A DNA stretch of 64,000 nucleotides from Bdellovibrionales bacterium (GCA_965205945.1 CBDBIB010000003.1:192001-256000), one strand, 5' to 3'. Positions 11,689 through 20,392 are shown, counted from the first letter of the stretch. Notes: generated from the letters alone by a model not told the origin. Program-made: numbers and translations.

Positions 11689-11764
11689 GGGCCGTTAGCT
11701 CAGCTGGTAGAGCGCTACCCTTACAAGGTAGATGTCGGCGGTTCGATCCCGTCACGGCCCACCA
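11689..11764 (+). tRNA. tRNA-Val(TAC)
   Basis: 76-nt cloverleaf GGGCCGT...ACGGCCC-A-CCA; anticodon loop CTTACAA; GGTTCGATCC T-arm. Confidence 0.97.
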
Positions 11765-11769
11765 ATTGT
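11758..11769 (+). repeat. att core (left copy)
   Basis: CCCACCAATTGT, overlapping the tRNA 3' end. Confidence 0.8.
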
Positions 11770-11844
11770 CAAGCTGTTCGAACCATTTTTCGAAGAGTTT
11801 TTGGTAAAGGGTTTTTTAGACGAGAGATTAGACAAAAAAATGGC

Positions 11845-11875
11845 AGGGCCACCCAGATGGGTAGGCCCTTTTTTT
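11845..11875 (+). terminator. intrinsic terminator downstream of tRNA-Val, inside the element
   Basis: AGGGCC-ACCCA-ga-TGGGT-a-GGCCCT hairpin followed by a T run. Confidence 0.65.
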
Positions 11876-12536
11876 ATGTGATCTTTTCCAATATAAAAAT
11901 GTATTTTTACTGTGTCCTTAAAAACATCCACTCTGTGAACTAAGGCTCTGATAGCTCTTGTTCTCTGCTTCTCATCTGCATTTTCAATAAATTGACTGAC
12001 TCCTTTTAAAAACTTCTGAAAGTCTTCTAGCTCCGTAATCTCTTGTTTTACTTTTGCCCCTTTCTGGTTAAGTTCTTGAGCAAGCTCCTCCACCTTTCTT
12101 TTTTCCTCTTCGACCTTTTCCATGTGTTTGTAGATAGAAGCTGCTGAAAGCTCTTTAGGCAATTCTGAGAGTCTTTCTGTAAGTGCTTCTTGTTGTCTAT
12201 CTAACCCTGCTATTTTCTCTGTAAGTCTGTCTAGCTCCCTTTGGTGAGGGTTCTTATTCTGAACACTTCTTACCTTTTCTAAGAGGCTTTGTGCTAGTTT
12301 ATCACCGTTAAGTAGCTCTTTGATTTTTTCAATGACGAGTGGCTCAAGTTTTTTAGCTCCTATTCTCTTGTAATTCCCGCAATCAAAAACTTTTTTCGTA
12401 AGCCCTGATTCTTTTCTAACCGCCCATCCATGTTCATAATAACCAATCTTTCCTCCATTACCATGGGCAGATTTTCCACAAAGGACATCACCGCAGTGAC
12501 CGCAATACACAAGACCTGAGAGTAGGTAAGGCATAT

Positions 12537-12800
12537 ATTGAAAAGGAGCTAGGAGAATTACATAAGACTTCTTATGCTCGTGTTGAATACCTTTTAGAAG
12601 GTCTGATGGAAAATGTAGAGTCCTACGAGGATATTGACGTGTTTTAGTTTTTGGTAGAATTAATTAAGCTTACGGACAAAATTCCCATGACTTGTATTTT
12701 GGACTTACTAGCTCTAGTTAATGATAAAAACATCCATGAGCTTGAGAAGCAAACTATAGCCAATAGTGTTCATCTCATCAGAGAAAGCTTCCAAAAGTGA
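12537..12800 (+). pseudogene. 3' remnant of an unknown gene
   Basis: Start-less frame IEKELGELHKTSYARVEYLL...RESFQK* with one internal TAG (12645-47), beginning where the recombinase is cut. Confidence 0.5.
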
Positions 12801-12979
12801 CAAAATGCCCAGGCAAATTGTAATTTTGCTATGACTTAGCATAAAATCACAAATTTGTGTTTTCTTCCTTTATAATCATCATCACATAAAGATTATGAAC
12901 AAACGTGGTTTTAAAACCATTGCAAAAGTGAGCAACTAACTATTCACTTAATATTTCAACCTCAGTAAGGCTTTTCCTT

Positions 12980-13774
12980 TTATCTATCAATTCTTGTCTT
13001 CATATCGAAAAATTGAGAACTCATACAATACACAGTAGGTTCGTCACCTAATTGATCCTCTTGACAAACTTTTTGAATATCATCATACAAATTCTCAATC
13101 AATTTCTCAATTACAAACGCCGTATTCTTGCCCACTAAAAAAAAATCCCAATTCAACAAATTCATTTGTGTTGCCAGAGGATTCGATTTTTCCAAACGCG
13201 TTCCTTTCTTTTTTGCAGGTCGTAATGAAGACGCTCCTGTCCCTGATAAAAATAAAGACGAATTAATAAAAGAAGTGCGAATATCATCCATAGCTAATTC
13301 ATACTCTCTTCCCCTAAATAAAAAGCGATTATAAAGTTTGTTGATAGCTTCATTAATTTCAATAAGTTCGAAATCTTCAAGAGTCTTTAAAATCTCACTT
13401 ACTCTCTTTACTCCGAGTCGAGACTCATCACCTATAAATTCAATGGTTCTCTCTACGTCCATTTTTATATCTTGAGGTACTAAGTCTATAATATAAAAGA
13501 CGTAAGTGTATTCCCACGAAGAAATAGGAAGAAACTCTGTTCCTCCCAAGTATTTCACCGTTTTATTTTTTTCCTCTCCGAGAATTCTTTTAATACGTTC
13601 TTTAATTTCAATATTTTTTTTCTGTAATTCTAGATATTTTATGAGAATACTTTTTTTCTCATCTTTGCTCAGTTTTAACTTCATCAGGATTTTTTCAGCC
13701 ATCTGATAATAAACCCTGTTTTCTCCATTAAAAATTTTTGATAAAAAAGTTGGTTCAACCAGCTTAGTTAATGC
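12980..13774 (-). CDS. TIGR02147/DUF4423-like HTH protein, 5' end cut at the att site
   Basis: Frame stays open upstream of ATG 13702 (ALTKLVEPTFLSKIFNGENRVYYQMAEKI, HTH-like). SSW..., 'VSEILKTLEDFELI' and C-terminal 'VYCMSSQFFDM' resemble the family. Confidence 0.6.
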   Translation of the reverse strand, partial: ALTKLVEPTFLSKIFNGENRVYYQMAEKILMKLKLSKDEKKSILIKYLELQKKNIEIKERIKRILGEEKNKTVKYLGGTEFLPISSWEYTYVFYIIDLVPQDIKMDVERTIEFIGDESRLGVKRVSEILKTLEDFELIEINEAINKLYNRFLFRGREYELAMDDIRTSFINSSLFLSGTGASSLRPAKKKGTRLEKSNPLATQMNLLNWDFFLVGKNTAFVIEKLIENLYDDIQKVCQEDQLGDEPTVYCMSSQFFDMKTRIDR

Positions 13775-13786
13775 CCCACCAATTGT
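13775..13786 (+). repeat. att core (right copy)
   Basis: Exact repeat CCCACCAATTGT. Confidence 0.75.
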
Positions 13787-13822
13787 TTTGATTTACGCTG
13801 TTTTAAAAGTACCCTTGATTTG

Positions 13823-14197
13823 CTATCTTCCAGCAAATCTTTTTTTAAGGCTTTCTCTGATTTCAGCACCTTCTATACTAAGCCGTGTCCATGGAATTGC
13901 TCTAAGTCTTTCCGTTTCTATGGGCTCTTCAGTTTCTTCACAAAGACCAAATGATCCAACTTCGATTCTCATAAGAGCATACTCCACTTCAAGAAGCTGC
14001 TTTCTTAAACGATCATGCATTCCAAGCATTTCTGATTCAGCAAGAGCTCGAACTGTTTGATCTCCTTCGTCTCCACCTTTTTCAACCGCTATATTGAGGT
14101 TTTCTTTTGTACTTCGCACTCTATTAAGAATATTTTGCTTTGCGTCTAAAAGTAAATTTCGACACTCTTTTACAAATCTTTTGTTTACTCCACTCAT
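13823..14197 (-). CDS. dksA: DksA/TraR family RNA polymerase-binding protein
   Basis: GDEGDQ coiled-coil tip; ALMRIEVGSFGLCEETEEPI..ERLRAIPW. Confidence 0.85.
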   Translation of the reverse strand: MSGVNKRFVKECRNLLLDAKQNILNRVRSTKENLNIAVEKGGDEGDQTVRALAESEMLGMHDRLRKQLLEVEYALMRIEVGSFGLCEETEEPIETERLRAIPWTRLSIEGAEIRESLKKRFAGR

Positions 14198-14464
14198 TTT
14201 AATTTCCTCCTAAGTGGTTAGCCTTATTTTTCTTAAATCCCTTCCCTCACTTAAGGTTTGTAGTGTCTTTGGTGGTCCATTCATGGTGCCACTTTGGGAC
14301 TGTAATAATTTCCCATGGATTGTTGTTAAAAAGCAACCAAAATCCATGTAATATGTTCAAAATTTTTTTTTAATTATTATAAAAAATATTTATAAAGCTG
14401 GTTTTTTATTACTGATGCTTAATTGGGCTGGTATTTGAGGTTTTTTTTAACTAATTTTAAACTT

Positions 14465-15406
14465 ATGAATTCTTCACTTATATCATGTATTTTTTTATTT
14501 TTAGGCTTTACGTTTATGATTGTTGGAGCTGACCGCCTTATTAAAGGTGCTGTTGAAATTGCTGAAAAATTTAATCTCTCAAAGGTGTTAATTGGTGCAG
14601 TTCTTATAGGTTTTGGAACTTCAGCACCTGAGTTTTTTACAAGTTTGTGTAGTGCTTCTGCTGGAGAAGGAGTTCTTGCTGCAGGAAACGTAATTGGCTC
14701 AAATATTTTTAATTCAAGCCTTGTCATGGGAACATGCTTGATTTTTCCATTTAAACTTTCTCCTTCTGAAAAATCTTGGCAAAATATTATTTTTCTTATT
14801 CTTCCAAGCGTATTAATTTTGTTTTTTGCCAGTGACCTTTTTTTTTCAAGATTCGAAGGTTTTTTATTTCTTATACCTCTTCCCGTTTTCTTATATTTTA
14901 TGGTTAAGCAAAAAGATAAAAAAAGTAGCAATGATTTTTTTAATGCTCCTAAAAACACTAATTTAATACTTAGTTTGTTCTGGGTTTTTATTGGTGGTGC
15001 AGCTCTTTACCTTGGCTCTAACATAACAATAAAAGCAAGCCTAGAGCTTGTGTCTATCTTTGGTCTTTCAAAAGGCTTTGCTGGAGCTATCATTCTTGCT
15101 GCAGGCACAGGGCTTCCAGAACTAGTCACAACCATTGTTGCTGGACTTAGAAAAGAAATTTCTTTAGCTTTTGCAAATATTGTAGGCTCAAACGCTTTAA
15201 ATGCCTTTCTAGCTCTTGGAGTAGCCTCAGTATTTTTTCCATTTCAAATATCAAAAAGTATGGCCTACTTTAGTGCTCCTATTTTATTTGGAGTAACTTT
15301 ACTTAGCCTAGTACCTTTAATGTTTTTTTCGAATAGATGTTTTATTAAAATTTGGGCGGTTATTTTGTTTATATCTTATTTTAGTTTTATATATATATGC
15401 TTTTAA
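14465..15406 (+). CDS. Ca2+/Na+ antiporter (YrbG/CaCA family)
   Basis: Duplicated alpha repeats GTSAPE...GNVIGSN and GTGLPE...ANIVGSN. Confidence 0.9.
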   Translation: MNSSLISCIFLFLGFTFMIVGADRLIKGAVEIAEKFNLSKVLIGAVLIGFGTSAPEFFTSLCSASAGEGVLAAGNVIGSNIFNSSLVMGTCLIFPFKLSPSEKSWQNIIFLILPSVLILFFASDLFFSRFEGFLFLIPLPVFLYFMVKQKDKKSSNDFFNAPKNTNLILSLFWVFIGGAALYLGSNITIKASLELVSIFGLSKGFAGAIILAAGTGLPELVTTIVAGLRKEISLAFANIVGSNALNAFLALGVASVFFPFQISKSMAYFSAPILFGVTLLSLVPLMFFSNRCFIKIWAVILFISYFSFIYICF

Positions 15407-15421
15407 AAATACTAATTTATT

Positions 15422-16207
15422 TTATTCATCTTTAAAATCAAACTCAACCATTAGTGGGCAATGATCGGAGCCTTCTTGTTCATCTAAATGTTTAATTTGC
15501 TTAACATAGGGAATCAATCCTTTTGTTACGCAAACGTAATCAATTCTCCAGCCACGATTGTTGTTTCTTGCCCGTTGTCGGTAAGACCACCAGGTGTACT
15601 TGTTTTTTTTCTCAGGATAAAAGTATCTAAATAAATCCACAAACCCAGTGGGTAAAAAGCTTTCATTAAACCATTTTTTTTCTTCTGGTAAAAAACCACT
15701 TGTTTCCTTTAGTCGTACGGGATCATGAACGTCAAACTCTAAACGAGCGATATTATAATCTCCAACTAAAATAATCTCTTCCCCTAATTTGATTTGTTTT
15801 TTTAAATGATTTGTAAATTTTTTTAAAAAACTTTGTTTAAAATCATGCCTGACTTTATTCATTGCGCCATTTGGAAAGTAAACATTATAAAGTGTAAACT
15901 CTGGATGTTGGGTCACTACAAAACGCCCCTCTTCATCAAATTCTTTAATACCGATTCCGTATTCAATAGCCAAGGGATCATCTACGTTTAAAAATGTACA
16001 TGTTCCGGAATAACCTTTTTTAATCTTAGATGATGACCAGAATCTATGCTTAAAAAGATCTTCAAATTTTTCAGGACCTAATTGTTCAGGATGAGCCTTG
16101 GTTTCTTGAACACAAAAAATATCAGGTTTTTGTGTTAGCAAGAATTCTCTTAGACCATGCTTAAAACATGCTCTTATTCCGTTTACATTCCAGGAAATTA
16201 GTTTCAT
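15422..16207 (-). CDS. xth: exodeoxyribonuclease III
   Basis: SWNVNGIRA, QETK, GDYN, GWRIDY, GSDHCP. Confidence 0.95.
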   Translation of the reverse strand: MKLISWNVNGIRACFKHGLREFLLTQKPDIFCVQETKAHPEQLGPEKFEDLFKHRFWSSSKIKKGYSGTCTFLNVDDPLAIEYGIGIKEFDEEGRFVVTQHPEFTLYNVYFPNGAMNKVRHDFKQSFLKKFTNHLKKQIKLGEEIILVGDYNIARLEFDVHDPVRLKETSGFLPEEKKWFNESFLPTGFVDLFRYFYPEKKNKYTWWSYRQRARNNNRGWRIDYVCVTKGLIPYVKQIKHLDEQEGSDHCPLMVEFDFKDE

Positions 16208-16249
16208 ATTAAAGATAGTTAACAAACTAAGGATGAAAAGGAAAGTTTT

Positions 16250-16750
16250 ATGAATTTAATCAGCCACATGGCACCTTTATTTGATTCTCCTGCCTTTACG
16301 CTAGACAAAAAGCACTCGACTATAAGTTTAGAGGCACTTCGTGGGAAGTGGATACTGCTTTTTTTCTATCCTTTAGACTTTACATTTATATGTTTAACAG
16401 AAATAAAAGCACTTCAAGCTTCTATTATGGAGTTTAAAAATAGAAATTGTGAGTTGTTAACTATTAGCGTTGATAGCATCTACTCACACGAAGCTTGGTT
16501 AAAAACTGAGTTAGTAAGTGTTGATTTTACAATGGTTTCTGATATTACAAAAAGAATCTCAAGAGATTATGGCGTTTTAGATGAAAACTTAGGGGTTTCT
16601 TTAAGAGGAACTTTTCTTATTGATCCGGAAGGACGAGTTCAGTATAGTCTTTGTCATAATCTTAGTACAGGAAGAAGTATCTCTGAGATTTTAAGAACTT
16701 TAGATGCCCTTAAAACTGGTGAACTTTGTTTTGCAAACTGGACGAAATGA
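16250..16750 (+). CDS. peroxiredoxin (AhpC/Prx1 type)
   Basis: FFYPLDFTFICLTEI, SVDS.YSH, RGTFLIDPEG, GELCFANW. Confidence 0.9.
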   Translation: MNLISHMAPLFDSPAFTLDKKHSTISLEALRGKWILLFFYPLDFTFICLTEIKALQASIMEFKNRNCELLTISVDSIYSHEAWLKTELVSVDFTMVSDITKRISRDYGVLDENLGVSLRGTFLIDPEGRVQYSLCHNLSTGRSISEILRTLDALKTGELCFANWTK

Positions 16751-17765
16751 TATTTTAAACCTTTATCCCTCTTTAAATGAGGCCATTCTTTTAACTATAA
16801 AGAATGCGCTATGTCCATTTATAGTAAATCTTCCTAAGAAACTTGAAAAAGAAATTCATCAGGTTACAGAATATTTTATGGCATATAAAAAAGAAACAGC
16901 ATCAAAACCTTGGGATGATTCTGTCTTAAATAGTTTAGACTTTCATTATTCCTCAAATACTTTAAAAATTATTGAAGCTAATACTAATGCCTCAGGGTTT
17001 TTACTCTCAAATTTACTATTAGACGATCAAGAAGAAGTAAAGGTATTTGAAGACGACATCTTAAAATCATTTAAGACTATTTTTAAAAATGATTCCTTTA
17101 AACATGTTTTTATTGTAGATAAATTTCCTGAAACAGAGAAAATGTTTGCTGAATTTTTAATGTTTCAGGATTTTTTTAAACGAAATGGTACCAACGCTGA
17201 GATTATTAAAACATCAAAAGTTTATATAAAACACGATCCTCTCTATATATATAATAGGGATACTGATTTTTATTTGGAAGAGAATCCAGTTCTTAGATTT
17301 TTATGGGAAACTAAAAAAATTCATCTTTCTACATCACCATTTTCATATGAAAATTTAGCTAATAAAAAATTTAACTCTGAACAAAACAATCTTTTAATTA
17401 GTAAGAAATTTAATTTGCTAAAAAAAGCGACTCTTCAAACTTTAAATATTACTGATGAAAATAAAGAAGATCTTTGGGTAAGACGAAAGAAGCTTTTTTT
17501 TAAGCCTTTTTCTTCATTTGGTAGTAAAGGAGTGTATTCAGGAAAATCTGTTAGTCGTAAGAAATTTGATGTTTTTAATAACGAGTATCTTGCACAAGAG
17601 TTTCATCCCCCGGGCAAAATTAAAAATAATCAGTGGAAGTTTGATATTAGAGCATTTTTTTCTGAAAACGGTGTGCAAAAGATTATAGCTCGCGTTTATC
17701 AGGGGCAACTTACAAATTTTTTTAATTTGGGTGGTGGATTTGCGCTTATTAAATGGGTAGACTAG
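16704..17765 (+). CDS. ATP-grasp-like ligase of unknown function (start uncertain)
   Basis: DFHY...KIIEANTNASG, IYNRDTDF, FFKP..SFGSKGVY, YLAQEF, KFDIR, RVYQGQLTNF..GGGFA. Confidence 0.65.
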   Translation: MPLKLVNFVLQTGRNDILNLYPSLNEAILLTIKNALCPFIVNLPKKLEKEIHQVTEYFMAYKKETASKPWDDSVLNSLDFHYSSNTLKIIEANTNASGFLLSNLLLDDQEEVKVFEDDILKSFKTIFKNDSFKHVFIVDKFPETEKMFAEFLMFQDFFKRNGTNAEIIKTSKVYIKHDPLYIYNRDTDFYLEENPVLRFLWETKKIHLSTSPFSYENLANKKFNSEQNNLLISKKFNLLKKATLQTLNITDENKEDLWVRRKKLFFKPFSSFGSKGVYSGKSVSRKKFDVFNNEYLAQEFHPPGKIKNNQWKFDIRAFFSENGVQKIIARVYQGQLTNFFNLGGGFALIKWVD

Positions 17766-17791
17766 AGTACTTTTTAAAAGGATGGCTTACA

Positions 17792-18616
17792 GTGGAAACT
17801 ATTGAAATTGATGGATTTAATATTACATTCTCATATCATAAGCCTTGTGTTGTTATTGGTGGAATAAATGTTTTAGAAAGTAAAGATCTTGCGTTTAAAG
17901 CTTGTGAAATTTTTAAAAAATCATGTGAAAAAAATAAACTTCCCTATATTTTTAAAGCCTCTTTTGATAAAGCAAATCGTTCTTCTGTTCACTCATTTAG
18001 AGGTCCTGGCTTAGAAGAAGGACTTAAAATTTTTAAAGAGATTAAAGATTTTTTTAATGTTCCTATAATTACGGATTATCATGAACCTGAACAAGCCGCT
18101 CCTTTGAGTGAAGTTGTTGATATTTTACAAGTTCCAGCATTTTTATCTCGACAAACTGATCTTGTGTCTGCGGGAGCTAAGACTGGGAAAATACTTCATA
18201 TTAAAAAAGCTCAGTTTTTATCACCTTGGGAAATGAAGAATATTAAGAAAAAATGTGAAGAAGAGGGAAACTCTAAGGTTCTTTTTTGTGAAAGAGGAAG
18301 CTCTTTTGGTTATAACAATTTAATTGTTGATATGTTAGGAATACTTGAAATGAAAAAAGATAATCTTTTAGTAACTTTTGATGTAACACATTCCTTACAA
18401 ATTCCTGGAGGTCAGGGTGATGCTGCAGGTGGAAGAAGTGAGTTCTCCATTCCTTTTGCAAGATCTGGGGTGGCTTTAGGTCTTGCTGGTATTTTTGTTG
18501 AAGCTCACTTTAATCCGAATGAAGCAAGGTGTGATGGCCCTTGTGCCTTAGCATTTTCAAAGATTGATGAGTTTATATCAAACGTTTCTCAAGTAGACCA
18601 TCTAGTTAAAGGCTGA
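17792..18616 (+). CDS. kdsA: KDO-8-phosphate synthase
   Basis: FKASFDKANRSS..SFRG.G, QVPAFLSRQTD, KKAQF, ERG, DVTH; probable GTG start at 17792. Confidence 0.96.
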   Translation: METIEIDGFNITFSYHKPCVVIGGINVLESKDLAFKACEIFKKSCEKNKLPYIFKASFDKANRSSVHSFRGPGLEEGLKIFKEIKDFFNVPIITDYHEPEQAAPLSEVVDILQVPAFLSRQTDLVSAGAKTGKILHIKKAQFLSPWEMKNIKKKCEEEGNSKVLFCERGSSFGYNNLIVDMLGILEMKKDNLLVTFDVTHSLQIPGGQGDAAGGRSEFSIPFARSGVALGLAGIFVEAHFNPNEARCDGPCALAFSKIDEFISNVSQVDHLVKG

Positions 18617-18733
18617 TTTTTTCATTAATTTTCTTTACGATAATATCCATATATTTATGATCTCCAGTAATATAGCCTTCAAGTTTTCGGAAAATTTTTG
18701 GATAGTTGGGACCTGAAGGGAAATTTAATTCAG

Positions 18734-19819
18734 TTAAACCACATTCTTCATAACAACTACTTTTTCACTTGGCAAACAATTTAAATACACCACATTCTCT
18801 CGCTCCCAATTCCTAATTCCTCTGCCACTCCAGCGCTCTGGCTTTAACCTTCTTGCTGCTTCATAAACTTCCTTACGCTTTTCTAATATCTCTTTATCTT
18901 TTCCTAAATGGCGCTCTGATGGCGTCACAAACTTTATTCCACTGTGACGATGCTCTTCATTGTACCAATTAACAAAATTATCAACCCAGTCTCTTGCATC
19001 ACCTATGCTTTTAAAAAACTCTGGATAATCCGGCACATACTTTAACGTCTTAAATAAACTTTCTGAATAGGCATTGTCATTACTTACACTCGGCCTACTA
19101 AATGAACTTGAAACTCCCAACCAATCAAGTGTTGCTAGCATCGTTGCTCCCTTCATTGAGCCGCCATTATCTGAATGTAATACTAGCTCATCTCTTTTTA
19201 TTTTTTCTCTCTCACAAATCTCTTTAATTAACTCTGATGATAAATCCATACTTTCTCTAACGTGTACTTTATAACCTACAATCTTTCTACTAAACACATC
19301 CATAAACATATATAAATAATAAAACCGACCCCGCACCAAAGTTTTTAAATAAGTAATATCCCAAGAATAAACTTGATTCACTTCCGTTGCAGTCATTCCT
19401 TTTGGCTTTTGTTTAGTTTTTGGTTTTGTTCTTCCTCTATGAACTAAAAGTTTATTCTCTTTTAAAACTTTATAAAAACTTGATTCACTTGCTAAATAAA
19501 CTCCATCATCTGCAAGTTTTGAAACTATCACATGAGGAGAGTCATCAACATACTTTTTTAAAGTACAGGTGTTAATGATCTCATCTTTTTCTTTATCACT
19601 TAATTTATTTTTTGGAGGCGATAAGGGTCCTTTTCTTTTATCAGTTAAAGAAAGTTTCCAGCGGTTGAAAGTTTTAATATCAATTTCTAAATCGCTGCAG
19701 GCAAGTTTAAGTCTACAGCCATTTTTAGAAGAGGTGTTAATTAATTCAAGACAAACTTCTTTGTCATCAGGACTTAATCTTCGTCCTCTTTGACCCCCCA
19801 GATCTCGTGGCTTTTTTTT
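18734..19819 (-). CDS. IS3 transposase OrfB (DDE), joined to OrfA by -1 frameshift
   Basis: WDITYL, HSDNG, DNAYSESLFKTLK, YNEEHRHS. Frame is open upstream to ~19831 across the A8G slippery run at 19811-19819. Confidence 0.9.
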   Translation of the reverse strand, partial: KKKPRDLGGQRGRRLSPDDKEVCLELINTSSKNGCRLKLACSDLEIDIKTFNRWKLSLTDKRKGPLSPPKNKLSDKEKDEIINTCTLKKYVDDSPHVIVSKLADDGVYLASESSFYKVLKENKLLVHRGRTKPKTKQKPKGMTATEVNQVYSWDITYLKTLVRGRFYYLYMFMDVFSRKIVGYKVHVRESMDLSSELIKEICEREKIKRDELVLHSDNGGSMKGATMLATLDWLGVSSSFSRPSVSNDNAYSESLFKTLKYVPDYPEFFKSIGDARDWVDNFVNWYNEEHRHSGIKFVTPSERHLGKDKEILEKRKEVYEAARRLKPERWSGRGIRNWERENVVYLNCLPSEKVVVMKNVV

Positions 19820-20274
19820 AACAAGATGATTCTAGCAGACTGTTCAGCTAGAGCTTTTTCAGCTCGATTTAAAGATCTTTCTAAGTTTATTTTATCTTTC
19901 CTTAAAGTTTTAATTTCAGGATCAAGTGAAGGTCTTCCAACAGGATTTTGTCCAAGTAATTCTTTTTCAAAATTAATAAGGTCTGAAGAGTTAAGTCCAT
20001 TTTCTCTAAGAAATTTTCCAAGTTCGTTTTCATTTAAAGATTGAGTTTTTTTAATAAAGTTAAGTTTGTCTTCAAGAGAGAGTTTTTTATTGCTGTTGCT
20101 GTGGGTCATAGAATTTAAATTAGCATATTTTTTCTTCCATCCATAGAGGGTTGAAGAGGCAATGTTAAGTTTACTAGCGGTGTAAGTGAGTCCTTTTTTG
20201 TCAGCGAGTAATTTTTTCACAGCGTTGAGTTTAAAGTTTTCATTATAAGTTTTATTGAGGTTATTGTTTTTCAT
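19774..20274 (-). CDS. IS3 transposase OrfA (HTH)
   Basis: YNENFKLNAVK...ASKLNIASSTLYGWKKKY HTH and a leucine-zipper-like segment ending at LLKK. Confidence 0.9.
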   Translation of the reverse strand: MKNNNLNKTYNENFKLNAVKKLLADKKGLTYTASKLNIASSTLYGWKKKYANLNSMTHSNSNKKLSLEDKLNFIKKTQSLNENELGKFLRENGLNSSDLINFEKELLGQNPVGRPSLDPEIKTLRKDKINLERSLNRAEKALAEQSARIILLKKSHEIWGVKEDED

Positions 20275-20392
20275 ATGTTTTCCTTTTTAAGCCCCTGATA
20301 TTGTTTAAATAAAGTGGATTTCAAAAGTTAAACTGAATTTTAAATAATTAAATTTCCCTTCAGGTCCCAACTATCCAAAAATTTTCCGTCTT

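Larger units (their letters stand above)
11752..12534 (-). pseudogene. large serine recombinase, C-terminal half (zinc ribbon and coiled coil); catalytic domain missing
   Basis: YLLSGLVYCGHCG zinc ribbon, coiled coil, 'IRALVHRVDV...IHF' end. Runs into the tRNA 3' end. No N-terminal YxRxS domain upstream. Confidence 0.85.
11758..13786. mobile_element. decayed integrative element at the tRNA-Val 3' end
   Basis: 12-bp direct repeat CCCACCAATTGT at 11758-11769 and 13775-13786 encloses a serine-integrase fragment. Removing the element places tRNA-Val ~55 bp from the dksA stop. Confidence 0.8.
18699..20377 (-). mobile_element. IS3-family insertion sequence (1679 bp)
   Basis: Perfect 32-bp terminal IRs TGGATAGTTGGGACCTGAAGGGAAATTTAATT (18699-18730 / 20346-20377) with TG...CA ends, flanked by AAAATTTT direct repeats; contains orfA/orfB. 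Confidence 0.9.

Noticed and set aside
18600..18700. Second att copy of the tmRNA 3' end
   Set aside because: No match to TGGTGGAGGCG found at the island's left edge.
18688..20388. 43-bp inverted repeats as invertase crossover sites for the adjacent serine recombinase
   Set aside because: Explained more simply as 32-bp IS ends plus a palindromic target; removing the IS restores an ORF.
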